DNA of 62,818 nucleotides, the filler included, from Asterionella formosa (lineage: Eukaryota): the NCBI GenBank assembly GCA_002256025.1. It is 16 parts of 16 records of this genome, joined end to end, with 100 filler letters (N's around TTAATTAATTAA, not from the genome) between each part and the next. Parts side by side here need not be neighbours in the genome. Positions count along the whole stretch, not along the records: positions 1 to 21,487 come from NKIB01003016.1; positions 21,588 to 43,022 come from NKIB01003019.1; 14 more parts are not named here. One strand, written 5' to 3'. This document shows positions 13,033-24,961 of the stretch, piece after piece. The position numbers and the translations under genes were made by a program. Under the pieces are notes generated by a model that saw only the letters and a list, made by a program, of their open reading frames with translations, was not told the DNA's origin and ran no database searches. Numbering within the stretch: position 1 is the first letter of the stretch; every line of letters starts with the position of its first letter.

Positions 13033-13359
13033 GAAGAGATTGAGAAGAAGTCGAAAATCGCAGATCACAGCGATTTCATAATTTCGGAGATTCATCACTC
13101 ATATATTCGTACATAGAAACCTCCTCTCTCTGAGAACAACATTGTAAAGCTAATTAGTACACATGCACTGGGAACAATGCAAGAACATGCATCATAAATC
13201 ACATCACCTGAATCATAGTCATTGTCATCCTTGACTACTTTTTTGTCATCTCATTTGTATTGTTTGATGTCTCACAACATCAGACCGGTTGATTGTTGGG
13301 TTTAGACAGCCACTTGGAGGTGAAGGAATCGTACCTGTAGTCCCTCATGTTGCAAACAA

Positions 13360-13466
13360 ACATCAACACCTCCTAACAGGAGTAAGTGACGAGAAGAATT
13401 AAGTACTTAGGTATACATCAACACCTCCTAACAGTAACCGATGAGAAGAATTAAATACTTAGGTAT
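13360..13466. repeat. Tandem duplication, two copies of about 53-55 bp
   Basis: ACATCAACACCTCCTAACAG...GAGAAGAATTAA.TACTTAGGTAT occurs twice head to tail. Confidence 0.85.
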
Positions 13467-13496
13467 TCTTTATATAGCCCCAGAATTTAACTTTCA

Positions 13497-13612
13497 GTGA
13501 GAAAGTGCAGAAAGGAACTTCGGTTTTAAACTAGGCCAAATAAACCATTTGGCCTGGTAAAATCCACTACTTTCATCAGCAAAAAACCGAAGGTCCTTTC
13601 TGCACTTTCTCG
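13497..13612. repeat. MITE-like inverted repeat, about 30-bp arms with a nested inner hairpin
   Basis: GTGAGAAAGTGCAGAAAGGAACTTCGGTTTT pairs with AAAACCGAAGGTCCTTTCTGCACTTTCTCGC with 2 mismatches. Inner stem AGGCCAAAT/ATTTGGCCT. Confidence 0.8.
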
Positions 13613-14109
13613 CCAGATCCTATATCCTGACGATATATGGCGTTGATATACACCACTTTGATCTATTACTGTATCTGAGCATATGGAAAGGGTGTACATT
13701 GGTGAAAGCTCCATTTTGCGATAAACATTCATATTTTACTCTGAAGAATTGTGTGTTTAACTACCTACCGTACTCTGACTTGAAGTTCTTTCACCCCTAC
13801 CTCGAGCTAGGGGTTCAACTGCAGGAAGCTTAATTTTCAATTTACTCCTGAAAAACTGGTTTCAAACAAGGTTTCTTTCAGTCCAGTGATGTTTTCCTGA
13901 ACAACCTCAAAATCTGATTTTCAAGATTCCCGCAGGGATTTCTTGGTCAAATAATATGGGTATTCATTGTTAAAAAGTCGCACATACATTTACGTATGTA
14001 TCAATGGATGATCCAACGTTAAAGAAACTATGAAGGTTGAAAATTCAATATTTTAAATACATTAATATACCGGGTACTCAGAATAGTTGTTTAACACAAA
14101 AACCATTTA

Positions 14110-15819
14110 ATGCATCGCAATCGTCCTCCCTCCACCTCTGTCACTCACAAGTTCGGTCTCTGCTTCATCATTCCCTTCTCTTTACTTTCTCGTATTTCAT
14201 TCGCTTGGACTGCTACTGCTAAATCAGTCTTTCAGTTTCCGTCGAGTACTTCTGCATTACATACCATGAGCGCTGGGCGTGTCATGGTGGTTGGCTCAGC
14301 CAATCAAGATTTGGTCTCCTACACCGGAAGAATTCCATCCATGGGTGAAACTGTCATGGGACTTGATTTTCAAACAAGTGCAGGAGGAAAGGGCGCGAAC
14401 CAAGCTGTCGCTGCAGCCTCGTTGTGCATTGCACCCGTGACGATGGTGTGCAAGGTGGGCAACGACGCGTTTGGCGAAAGTCTTTTGAGGAACTTTCAAC
14501 GCGTGGGTGTCGACTATGATACGGAGGCCTGCACAACCAAAGAAGCTCACACAGGTGTAGCTCCTATTATTGTCTCAACGGTCACTGGTGACAACTGTAT
14601 CATCGTTATTCCTGGTGCCAATCATGTATTGACAAAAGATGAAGTTCGAACTGCCATTGAAAGCAAGAAACCTTCTGTTGTTATATGTCAGTTGGAAATT
14701 CTTCCCGACGTTGCCCTAGAGGCTATGAAGGCCGGAAAGGATGTGGGAGCAATAACTATTCTAAACCCAGCTCCAGCACCTCAAGGTTGGACACTGGAAG
14801 AGTTTTATTCGTTTGTTGATATACTCACTCCCAACGAGTCCGAATTGAGAAATCTTTGCGGAGGAGGCGATGACGAAGAAGCAATGGCTCGAAAATTGTT
14901 AGCAAAGGGTATTGGGCAGGCGGTTGTGGTCACCTTGGGATCTCGAGGAGCTTTGATCGTTACAAAAGAAGAGTCTCTCTTAGTGCAGCAGCCGTCGGAC
15001 CTGCCATGCAAGAATGATCCAGTCATCGATACTATAGGTGCAGGTGATTCCTTCTGCGGGGCTCTATCATGCTATTTGTCTGCAGGTCTGGATTTAGTGG
15101 ATGCATCAACCAAAGCATGTGGTGTGGCGTCCATGACAGTTCGGAAACGTGGAGCCCAATCTTCGTATCCCACGGCCAATGAGCTACCTGATTGCCTCAA
15201 AATCAAGAACATGACAGTGTCTAATTCAAAGCCAAAGATTACTTTTGTCACTGGAAATAAGAAAAAGCTGGAAGAAGTTAGGAGAATCTTGTCTTCATCT
15301 GGAGATTTCCCTTTTGAAATCACAAGCCAAAAGATCGACTTGCCAGAATTACAAGGTGATACCCTTGAGATAGCCATTGAAAAGTGCAAATTGGCTGCCA
15401 AGCAAGTAGGTGGTCCTGTACTAACGGAGGACACATCGCTTTGCTTCAATGCTCTGAATGGTCTCCCAGGACCATACATTAAATGGTTTCTGGAGAAGTG
15501 TGGGCATTCTGGTCTCAATAGCATGCTAGGTGGTTTTGATGACAAGACGGCCTATGCCCAGACAGTCTTTGGCTTTTCGACGGGGCCCGATGCAGATGTT
15601 CATATATTTGATGGAAGAACGGCTGGTCAGATTGTTCAAGCACGAGGGGATCTAGCCTTTGGGTGGGATCCTGTTTTCGAACCTTTTGAAGGTGGAGGTA
15701 AGACTTATGGAGAAATGAGTAATGACGAGAAAAACTCAATCAGCCATCGAGCTCGATCAATGGCAAAGTTACAAAGCTACTTGACGGACAATGTCGAAAA
15801 CATTAAATCAGTCATCTAG
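14110..15819 (+). CDS. Ribokinase (PfkB) fused to inosine triphosphate pyrophosphatase (ITPase/Ham1)
   Basis: One uninterrupted ORF. PfkB motifs: [30 protein letters not shown]. Ham1 motifs: [46 protein letters not shown]. Alternative start at 14266. Confidence 0.95.
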   Translation: MHRNRPPSTSVTHKFGLCFIIPFSLLSRISFAWTATAKSVFQFPSSTSALHTMSAGRVMVVGSANQDLVSYTGRIPSMGETVMGLDFQTSAGGKGANQAVAAASLCIAPVTMVCKVGNDAFGESLLRNFQRVGVDYDTEACTTKEAHTGVAPIIVSTVTGDNCIIVIPGANHVLTKDEVRTAIESKKPSVVICQLEILPDVALEAMKAGKDVGAITILNPAPAPQGWTLEEFYSFVDILTPNESELRNLCGGGDDEEAMARKLLAKGIGQAVVVTLGSRGALIVTKEESLLVQQPSDLPCKNDPVIDTIGAGDSFCGALSCYLSAGLDLVDASTKACGVASMTVRKRGAQSSYPTANELPDCLKIKNMTVSNSKPKITFVTGNKKKLEEVRRILSSSGDFPFEITSQKIDLPELQGDTLEIAIEKCKLAAKQVGGPVLTEDTSLCFNALNGLPGPYIKWFLEKCGHSGLNSMLGGFDDKTAYAQTVFGFSTGPDADVHIFDGRTAGQIVQARGDLAFGWDPVFEPFEGGGKTYGEMSNDEKNSISHRARSMAKLQSYLTDNVENIKSVI

Positions 15820-16683
15820 TTGGGCACACCCAATTCTACATACAAAGAGCAGCTGGCATGCTATTCCATTAAGGTTTTATGCATCATATTTCACTTCTGT
15901 TGGATTTGTATTAGATGACCTTTTAACATTCAGGCAATGTGCAGCAATCATGGTTTAAAGTACCAGAAGCCGTGTTGGAGAAATATTTTTATCCAAGAAC
16001 ACAGGACCAGACTATCAGCAGAGGTGAATTTATGGTATAGTCTTTGTTTCCACTAGTACTGATCCAATTTTCCTTAGTTCCAGCTATACCGGTAATATGC
16101 CAGTAACTGACGATGTTTTAACATAAAATGATAAAACTTTATTTTTGAACACCAGGTAACCAGGGTACTGGTAACCGGTTTACTAATTAGTAACTTCAAT
16201 CGCTCAAGTACAGTCAAGATCACGCAAAGTCACATTCCATTTGTTGTTTGATACTATGTATACCGATATACCCAGGTACGAATGATACTATGCAAATAGA
16301 ATCGTCATGCAGTAAAAAAAGGTGTTATTTGGTATTAACATTTGGTAAGGTCTAAATTCCATCCTCCCGATTTGCTGATCAGCATATGTGCAGATACCGG
16401 TAGTTTACTTCATCATGATGGATGGCATGATGCATGGCTGGTGTTGATTTGCTGTTGTGTGGTGGGCATAATGCGATTGACGCCAGCCATCATAAGAGAT
16501 TTTTTCAACATGCATCACGTGTGCGTACCTACGCACCGGTAAATGTGTAATAATAACACCACGGTGAATGCGCTATATTCCGACAAAAACCTGAAAATAA
16601 AGCTAACGTTGACCTATTAGATTGCCATCAGGATTCGGTTTGTTCCATTCGCTGTTCCAGACCTATTTCACTCTTCAATCAGT

Positions 16684-17460
16684 ATGGTTGCCATTTCTGA
16701 CCTTCCAATTGTAATCCATCTAGCCAACTACATCTGGGCGAACGAAGCCGCTGATGATGTTTCACCGGATGTCTGCTTATCAACTGCCCCAATGATGACT
16801 CAAGCCTGTTGGACACGACTCGTTGTCAAAGGCCTTGGTATCGCCATTATCTTGGGTGCATTTCTGAACAAGGCACCTGTTATTGCCAACATAATGAGTT
16901 CGAAATCCGTCGCAGGCCTATCCAAAACTGGCATCTATGGGGATGTGCTAATGTGCGCCAATACGGCGATTTATAGCTTTCTTAGAGGTTTCCCGATTAC
17001 AGCGTATGGCGAAAATGTTGCATTGGTGTTGCAGTCTCTTGTGATTGTCTTGATGTTGTGGCAGCTAGACCCCAAGACCGACACAAAAGAAAAGCTGATT
17101 TCATTCACCATTTTCACGGTGTACTTTATTGGTACCTTGACCGTTCTTCCAGAAGAATATTGGTCAATCCTCATGACCTCTGTTTTGCCCGTCATTGTAA
17201 TATCTCGTGGTTCACAGATACTAGAAACATTCCGAGTGAAGCACACGGGAGCTCAGGCGATTATGACCTTGACAATGAACTTGGGAGGAGGCACTATCCG
17301 TATTTTGACCACCCTCAACGAAATTGGCTGGGATATGAACGTTTTGAATGGATATTTTCTTGGATTTTTGACAAATTTTGCTATGTTTTGTCAATATTGG
17401 TATTACAGACACAACACTGAAACTTTCTTCAGAGAGTTGAAGGAAAAGAAGAAATCGTAG
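16684..17460 (+). CDS. MPDU1: Mannose-P-dolichol utilization defect 1 (MPDU1/Lec35) PQ-loop family membrane protein
   Basis: KGLGIAIILG..LNKAP.I..I..SKSVAGLS, GFPITAYGE, KHTG.Q and RILTTL; several hydrophobic helices; C-terminal KKKS. Confidence 0.85.
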   Translation: MVAISDLPIVIHLANYIWANEAADDVSPDVCLSTAPMMTQACWTRLVVKGLGIAIILGAFLNKAPVIANIMSSKSVAGLSKTGIYGDVLMCANTAIYSFLRGFPITAYGENVALVLQSLVIVLMLWQLDPKTDTKEKLISFTIFTVYFIGTLTVLPEEYWSILMTSVLPVIVISRGSQILETFRVKHTGAQAIMTLTMNLGGGTIRILTTLNEIGWDMNVLNGYFLGFLTNFAMFCQYWYYRHNTETFFRELKEKKKS

Positions 17461-17511
17461 AGACATTATGCACCGGCATGCAAGTTTAAAATACATTAAG
17501 TAAACTTTTGT

Positions 17512-18177
17512 TTATTTCAGCCCATACTGCTCAGCCATGATCAGTTCTATTTTCTCCTCCACCACCTGTGTCCATCTCTCGTATCCTAGGTCGTTTAAGT
17601 GAAGCTGATCATCTGCAAAGTACTGAGGCTCAGCTCGTGCGAGACACCCTAGAATGGCACCAGCTCTTGTGCCACTTTCACGACAAAACATGGTCAGGCA
17701 ATCTATGAACCAAATCTGGTCCTTCTTGGGATGTTTCTCGGCCGCTCTTCCAAAAGCTTTTGACATTTTGACATATTTCTTCTGGGACATGGGGTCATGA
17801 CTAAGCCATGGCTCGATTTTCGGCCCAAGAAAAATCAAATGTTGGTACGGTGTGTGGAGCATGTTTAGGAGCTTTTCGAATGATGCCAATGTTTCATCCA
17901 GAGGAAGCCCATTTCCAATATCATTTTCGCCAGCACATACCACCACAAAGACTAGACTATTGTAAGGATTTTTTATGAAAAATGAGGTTGCTGCCTGCAG
18001 GGCTTGTTCAACAAATGGCAGGATTTCGACCAACGTTGCACCACTGTGACCACTCATCCGTGGAGTATTGCCTCCCTTTTGTAGGATATTACTGGGCCAT
18101 CTTGCTATATCTGAATCGCCTATATATGATATCGAAAGGGCATCACATGACACCGAAATGGCCGAGGTTTCAGTCAT
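17512..18177 (-). CDS. SGNH/GDSL hydrolase
   Basis: Block I IGDSD, block II GHSGAT, block III CAGENDI, block V DQLHLN..GY..W. Confidence 0.88.
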   Translation of the reverse strand: MTETSAISVSCDALSISYIGDSDIARWPSNILQKGGNTPRMSGHSGATLVEILPFVEQALQAATSFFIKNPYNSLVFVVVCAGENDIGNGLPLDETLASFEKLLNMLHTPYQHLIFLGPKIEPWLSHDPMSQKKYVKMSKAFGRAAEKHPKKDQIWFIDCLTMFCRESGTRAGAILGCLARAEPQYFADDQLHLNDLGYERWTQVVEEKIELIMAEQYGLK

Positions 18178-18734
18178 GATAGCTATTCATTCACCAACAC
18201 GCGGAGAATTCCGTTCCATTTATAATAATTCGTGTCCTATGTCCGACAGGTTATGGACGGGGGGGGGGGGGATTATAGATTATTATTTATATTATTGAAA
18301 ATTTTATATTCGAGGCGAGCAACAAAATGCCAACCACCTGATGTACAAAGCCAAAAATTGTGATGATGCAAGAAGCAACTTTGAGAGCAGGGGCATTTGG
18401 TTTGTTCCTGCTTTTATCATACATACCGGTACATAGAAGCAGGTCAAGCAAAGGACGGTTTGCACTATGGGACTACTGAGGGGGACGGAAAATATCCTCA
18501 TTTCGCATTAGCAATTCACCGGGTACCTGGTACACTCTTATTATGTATAAACCGCTATTAATTATGATAGTAACAGGCACCATTTATTATAAGCGACAAA
18601 TTCCCTTGCCCTTCATTTTCTTGTGGTGCTGGCAACCAGCATGATACGTACTGTTTTTTGAAAACAAATCAATCTCAATCGCTACAAACTTTATTTTAAT
18701 CAGTCGAAACGTAGAACAGTAGACACCGCAAACG

Positions 18735-19703
18735 ATGAAAGCATTTATTTGTGCAATCCTTTCGTCGGCTCTGCTCGCGGCAGTATCGTCAGGGTTCATG
18801 GAGCGACCTCTAAGGAGAAGGCGTTGCTGCCAGGTATACGCAGACAATTCAAGTGATGAAGTAACAGGCGAAAAAGGAATCCGACTAAATAAAGTGTTCA
18901 AGGCCACGCATTCTCGACGAGCAGCCGACGATTTGATCGCAAGCGGGAGAGTCACTATAAATGGTAATTCAGTCGATTCCAAAGGGGGGTCGTTTGTGGT
19001 TCCATTCAAGGACGTTGTCGAATTGGATGGAAAGCTAGTGTCAGGCTGGGAAGAAATGAATGCTGTACAAGAAACAACATCGAACGATTTATCTACAGGA
19101 AATTTCGAATATGTTAAGTATTACAAGCCTCGTGGAGTCACGTGTACAACAGATCGGAGGATAAAAGGAAATATCATTGACGAAATTGCGTACGATGGCT
19201 ACAGGTCCAAACATCGCGTCTTTCCAGTAGGAAGATTGGACAAGGATACTTCAGGGCTAATTTTGCTAACATCTGATGGAAGATTGCCAAATGCATCGCT
19301 ACGATTGTCTCAAAAACAAGCAAAAACATATCATGTACGAGTCAACTCGGAAATTCGAGATTCTGACATCCAAACACTCAGGGATGGCATCGTAATTACT
19401 ACTGTTGCCCAGCGAGACAGAAATGCAAAGGAACATACTGCAAAGACAAAACCATGCATAGTTGAACGCTTCCCTGACCGGAGTGACAGTATAGTAATGA
19501 CAATCATGGAAGGCCGCAACAGACAGATTCGCAAAATGTTAGCAGGGTTGAACTACCATGTAGTGGCTCTGCGACGTGTTAGTTTTGGGGGAATCACTCT
19601 CGATGACCTCCAAGCACCTGGAGCCTGGCGACGATTAAATGTCAATGAAATGGAAATCATTGAGCGCATTTTGACTGAAGCAATAGAGAACGGAGTTCAA
19701 TAA
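18735..19703 (+). CDS. RsuA/RluB/E/F-family pseudouridine synthase with S4 domain, likely plastid-targeted
   Basis: S4 domain RLNK...SRRAADDLIASGRVTING; YKPRGV; catalytic GRLDKDTSGLILLT; EGRNRQIRKM. Signal peptide ends VSSG-F. Confidence 0.92.
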   Translation: MKAFICAILSSALLAAVSSGFMERPLRRRRCCQVYADNSSDEVTGEKGIRLNKVFKATHSRRAADDLIASGRVTINGNSVDSKGGSFVVPFKDVVELDGKLVSGWEEMNAVQETTSNDLSTGNFEYVKYYKPRGVTCTTDRRIKGNIIDEIAYDGYRSKHRVFPVGRLDKDTSGLILLTSDGRLPNASLRLSQKQAKTYHVRVNSEIRDSDIQTLRDGIVITTVAQRDRNAKEHTAKTKPCIVERFPDRSDSIVMTIMEGRNRQIRKMLAGLNYHVVALRRVSFGGITLDDLQAPGAWRRLNVNEMEIIERILTEAIENGVQ

Positions 19704-21007
19704 ACAAAACGTTTCTTCTCATCATCGGGCACTATTTGTAGACATCCTAATGAACGACAAGTCTTCGTCAAATCAACGTGCAGGGCCTGACAAGCTGCGC
19801 ACATAACAACGCCCACAAGTCGAAACGGATACTCTTTGGCTGTTTCCAAATTTTGTAAATGAATGACATAGTGCGTTATTCCAGGCGAGATCATCGCAAC
19901 ACCTTGAGTTGACGTGACATGATCCATCTCCCACCGAGCATTCAAAGGATTCACAACTATCGTTGAAGAACTTCCATCTAGATTGGCATGTAATAATGGA
20001 TAAAGGGATGGGTTTCCTTTGCTCATAAATACAAGGATTAACGGAGTTTCTCCCTGTAGCTGCTGTGTCATCAGTCGCAGAGTAGCTTGCGAATTTATTT
20101 CATACGCATATTTTCCTTTTGCAAACTGATTCATTTGGCCCCCCTCGAGCTTAACTAGAGGAGAAACAGCCCCAGATTCGAACCAGCTTGCGCATAGGTC
20201 GCCTTCCATCCATCCGCCTTTCTCACCAAAAATCGTTTCACCATGAACACGAATAAGTGCGGCTACTTGATCAGACACCCACTGATGCCCCTCTGGTCCA
20301 AGATGATGCATATCTTCGGCAAAAAAGTGCAAAACATCATCAAACTTCATCGGATCAGATGGACGAGGAAGGGATACCATTATCCCGCCGACTGCGAGAA
20401 CCAATTCACGAAGGGCTGCTTGCTTGAAATCATTCATGCGACAATTTTCGCCGACACAATTAGACCATCCAGGTTGCCGATTTGAGTACAGATCCACATA
20501 AATGAGGAGCGCGTGGGGGTATCGCGTTCGTATCCTTGAGAGGAGTAATTTCAAGCCTGTAATTCCATTTATAGAAAATTCAAATATAACGACATTGTAC
20601 TCCACATTAGCAGTTTCCTGTTCATAAATCATGGTTTGCAAGCACTGTGAGGGCCAAACAGCTGAGCTCGCCCTTATAGCGAGATTATCAGAGCGGCCAA
20701 TGAGAGGGTCGCGTGCCAGTAAACTAGGATATGCAAAATCTCTGCTTTGAAGCGTGGTTCCCCAAGTTGTACTGCCTCCGAAACTCAGTACATCAAAAGA
20801 TATCGGAGTCAACATGCGCTTATTATGAAGTGATTCTTTGCTTCCCCAGTGAAATTCAAATTGCTGCTGGTCGAGACAACGTAACAAAAGCAGGAAGGCA
20901 AGCAGAAGGCAGGCATAGTATCGACTGACTGTCACCCAACCATCTTTACCGCCCTCTTTCAGCGTATGAGTGCTTTGGTCGGTGAGTCCCTTCTGTTTGT
21001 CATGCAT
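19697..21007 (-). CDS. Membrane-anchored SGNH-like protein (putative glycan-modifying esterase)
   Basis: N-terminal TM helix, FGGSTTWG, IFEFSING and DMHHLGPEGH. The 3' end overlaps the pseudouridine synthase gene by 7 nt. Confidence 0.65.
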   Translation of the reverse strand: MHDKQKGLTDQSTHTLKEGGKDGWVTVSRYYACLLLAFLLLLRCLDQQQFEFHWGSKESLHNKRMLTPISFDVLSFGGSTTWGTTLQSRDFAYPSLLARDPLIGRSDNLAIRASSAVWPSQCLQTMIYEQETANVEYNVVIFEFSINGITGLKLLLSRIRTRYPHALLIYVDLYSNRQPGWSNCVGENCRMNDFKQAALRELVLAVGGIMVSLPRPSDPMKFDDVLHFFAEDMHHLGPEGHQWVSDQVAALIRVHGETIFGEKGGWMEGDLCASWFESGAVSPLVKLEGGQMNQFAKGKYAYEINSQATLRLMTQQLQGETPLILVFMSKGNPSLYPLLHANLDGSSSTIVVNPLNARWEMDHVTSTQGVAMISPGITHYVIHLQNLETAKEYPFRLVGVVMCAACQALHVDLTKTCRSLGCLQIVPDDEKKRFVY

Positions 21008-21487
21008 GCCCTTCCCTTATCACCGCAAATAAGAAATGAAGGGGTTCTTTGCTTGCTAGATGATGGAAGCAACAAATTCTGAAAGTATTCACGATGTCGG
21101 AGGTGCTGCAGGTCCTGTGAAGATCTCAACTAGAATGCTGACGATTGAAGAGGCTATTGACGAATACAAAAAGATTGAAGCGACGATGAAAGAAGGAAAG
21201 AATAAGAATAAGATTAGTAATGTTTTCAACCATGCAATATTTAGTTATTCCGAGGAAATTCGGGAAGAAGAATTCCAGGGTGGCCTGTCAGAATTTCAAT
21301 CGGTCTGACTTTCATACATAAGCAATACTCTATTTTTTTGACATAGGGTTGATATACAGGTGTTAAATTGTCTAGTTGAAATATCACAGATCTTACTTTT
21401 AAGATCTCTAAAGCTGAAAACGTATTTTCACTTTACACTTTGTAATATTGTGAGCTTTCTGTTAATAGTCTATCTAGTCTTGTTCTT

Positions 21488-21587
21488 NNNNNNNNNNNNN
21501 NNNNNNNNNNNNNNNNNNNNNNNNNNNNNNNTTAATTAATTAANNNNNNNNNNNNNNNNNNNNNNNNNNNNNNNNNNNNNNNNNNNN
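21488..21587. other. Artificial contig linker N44-TTAATTAATTAA-N44, first of 15 (others start at 43023, 44438, 45853, 47268, 48683, 50098, 51504, 52920, 54335, 55749, 57163, 58577, 59991, 61405)
   Basis: Identical 100-nt spacer carrying a six-frame stop oligo at every junction. Confidence 0.98.
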
Positions 21588-21838
21588 CTGAATGAAATGA
21601 AGCTACTTTCTGATTAGTGATGTTGCGGCTCTAATTCTGCAGCAAACAAACGTGGTCGCCAATAGCTAGTCAATGAGAATGGAAGACCCATGATTAAGGC
21701 CATGAGCAACAAACGGCGCCGCCATCTGGTCCATCTTCACTTTGATCCACATCTCATCTTGAAGAACAGATTCGAAATACGGATCGATGTTCGCAATGGG
21801 CGAATTATGATCAAAAGGTATTTCCTTCTTGATTTCGG

Positions 21839-21868
21839 TTGGAATTGGAATTGGAATTGGAATTGGAA
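21839..21868. repeat. (TTGGAA)5 hexamer microsatellite
   Basis: Read directly from the sequence. Confidence 0.9.
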
Positions 21869-23906
21869 TCGGGTATGGCCTTCAATGCATCGTTCTCCAA
21901 TTCTGTCGTATAAATTGACCAAAGCTTTTGATTTCGAGTAACAAACAAACAAATCAAACTTCGCCAGCGTAATTTTTCATCAATATCGAGACCATATCAT
22001 TCGTTATAAGACTGAGATCATCGTCGTCCCCGCAAGAAGGTAGCTCATTAGGGATTCAACGAACGCACATGGCTTGTAAGAAATTCGACTACTGGCTGAT
22101 ATGCGAATGGAGAGATAATGACGAATACTACCGGTACAAGAATTGGATCAAAGCATATACCGGTAGAGCATTCAAATCGGAATGGCAACAAGGAAGGCAC
22201 CGTTGTTGCATCGTCGGGTACAAGGTTTACATATACGTAAGGTGATCTTTGTAAAGTCAAAACCTTCGCTAAAACAATAAGTGATTAAAGGGCAACAGCT
22301 ATTGATCAATCAAACAACGTATCAATATATCAAAGCATTTGGAAAGCAGATTAGTTTTGATCACTAATATATATGACTTCTATGACTTCTATCTAGTATG
22401 CGTAACCTAATGTGTGTAAGCAAATAATCTAACAAACAAATTTGATTGACCACACCAACACGATCATTAATATATCAAAATTATCATCAACATAACACAA
22501 CATTTGATCAATATATCAACAATTTGGGTTAACTGATTAGATTTCTTGGTATGCTAATAACCTGATGTACAAATTTGATTGATCATACAGACACTTGCAT
22601 TGATATATCGAAATTATTATCAACATGTCAAAATATTTGAATGATCAATGAGTTTTTTAACGTATGCTGAGTAAAACGTTAGATCTAATGGAAAATCTAT
22701 TCACAGATGATGTTATAAACTGTCTTTGACACAGGTCACAAGTGATACCACCCCAAATTGCTAAGATGATATAGTACGTATACTGACACTTCCATTACAT
22801 GCATAAGCGACTAGCACTGACAATTGCCAGTCCACAGTGATTTGAGATGAAAACAAGGAAAATGAGGAAAAACTACTTGCTCAAACTTAGTGCAGACTGC
22901 ATGGTGGTCATGCCCATTGTTTCTACTAATCTCATACAGTGGTCAGAATAACCAATTCATCAGCAAAAGTGTATCTAATTGTATCTACTAATGGAGGGTG
23001 TATCTTACAAAAAGGGTGATTTAGAAGGATATACAGTTTGCCGTTGCTTCATTGAGAAAATTGTATCTTACAGAGAGGACCTACTGCATATTACCATAAA
23101 ACCTGGTTTCCTGTACCCCTCAATGTACACAGCAGCCACAGCTGATTTTACTCAGAGGGAGTACAAGACATTGGCCCTTCTATGATCATCCAACATTATG
23201 AAATAACCAACATCACCACCATTTTCTCCATAGTCTAAAACGAAAATAGCAACGTTAAAAGATAAATACTAGTGCTGTAGATGCAAATAGTTTTCTATGA
23301 TCAAAAGAGCCTGTAGTGTTCAGCTTGATAATCATCGTGCAACAACAAGCTTGCAATTTGCAGCTTGGACTGTTGAAAAAGTTCTCAGGCCAAGGATATC
23401 GCCATCACAAATGTCATTGGCATTGCTTGTGTTGTTGTTGATTGCCGGTAATGATGACTCCACAACTGTGACACGAATTGAAAGATAATCTAACGACGTG
23501 AATATACACATTTAAATCAACTGGGAAGCTAACATAACGCACTCTATAGCTAACTCATAGGGGATACAAGAAGGCACCAAGCAAGTTGCAGTAATTGTGC
23601 GGAAACGAAAAGTTTAGCTATCTTTATCCAATATTATGTTAATTTAAGGTTGCTGCATTTGAAACCCTAGGCAAAAATTTAAAAATTGCTTAGGGTTTTT
23701 CAAAATTCCCTGGAATTAAGAATTTTATTAGCTATTTTTGAATGACATGATTCCATTTGAAATATTTAAATCAGTGGAAATTTGCGAGTATGTACATAGC
23801 TTCCTTGTAGAAATTGCTAAATATATATATATATAAACATTCTCAATCACTGTATGTACCGGTATATTTACCCTAAATGACAGCAACTTGCACAGGTTTT
23901 ACGGTA

Positions 23907-24841
23907 CCACCTTAAAACAGAGAGTCAATATTTCAGTACTCCTTCTTTCTACTAAAATTATCGAAGTTTCATAAAAGATTTTAAATTCGAAGCAAGTACG
24001 AATTTTATTTTAGTTGATAGAACGGGGATAGCTATCATTTAATCAGTTCTAAAGCAGAAAAAACAGTTATGGAGATCTAAGCCATTTAGTTTTACCCATT
24101 TTGACGCATAAGTTGACTCTCAGTACATATTTTTTAATCTATACATTAAGATTTTTTACTCCCAAACCTTTTTTAAACTCGATTGTTACCATAAAAACTT
24201 TTTTCTATTACTTTTGTTGATCCTATAATTAGCGGTACCAGCTACCGGTGCCAGGTACCAGGGTTTAAGTGCCGATCACTACAGTACTGGTGGCATATTC
24301 ATCAAGAATTCTTTGTTTGGACCTCGCATATCAATCAGCCACTTCAAGTTCTCATCTCTCCAGTGGTACTCCTCTTGTTTCAATTCATTTCACAGGTGAT
24401 TTTTGTGATTTCATGACAAATCCTTGTATGTAGTGTTTCAGGTAGTCACGCCAAGAGGTCGCAGCTGATGTTCTCCATTTTGTTACATATTATACTGTGG
24501 CAAAAAAGTCTGCTTGGACATTAAATGAATCTACCAACAGAAATACTTTCTAATACCTGCATACATATATATATATAAAAGGTGATGCCAGCTCAATGGA
24601 GTAAAATTAGATTAGTCCATTTCTCATCGACAGCAACCTTTGGGACCAAATACAGAAGTAACACTAGCTAATTGACGAGTTTAAACCAAGATCATTATTG
24701 GTTAGTACATAAATCGCTACAACATTGCTTGAATAATTATGTTCGTATCTAGCATATTTAGCCCAAAACGTGAATTTACTCGATTTCACGTTGACTCTCA
24801 GTTCAAAATCTTTCAAAAGTTGACTCTCAGTTTTTAGGTGG
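23907..24841. mobile_element. Non-autonomous TIR element (MITE), Tc1/mariner-like, flanked by TA
   Basis: TA|CCACCTTAAAACAGAGAGTCAA ... TTGACTCTCAGTTTTTAGGTGG|TA: about 22-bp TIR with 2 mismatches. Internal copies of GTTGACTCTCAG at about 24112 and 24790. AT-rich with no convincing ORF. The TIR could instead extend to 23901/24847. Confidence 0.75.
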
Positions 24842-24961
24842 TACCGTTTCATTCGTACGACCTAGTGTGTACTCAGGCATGAGGAATTAAAATGATTATG
24901 TTAGGATTTGAACGTACGCAAATGAAAAATGTAACATTACAGAAGCGTGATGGAACAAAAA

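Noticed and set aside
21060..21308. 82-aa ORF near the end of contig A
   Set aside because: No recognizable motif; it may be a real small gene or a fragment but cannot be supported.
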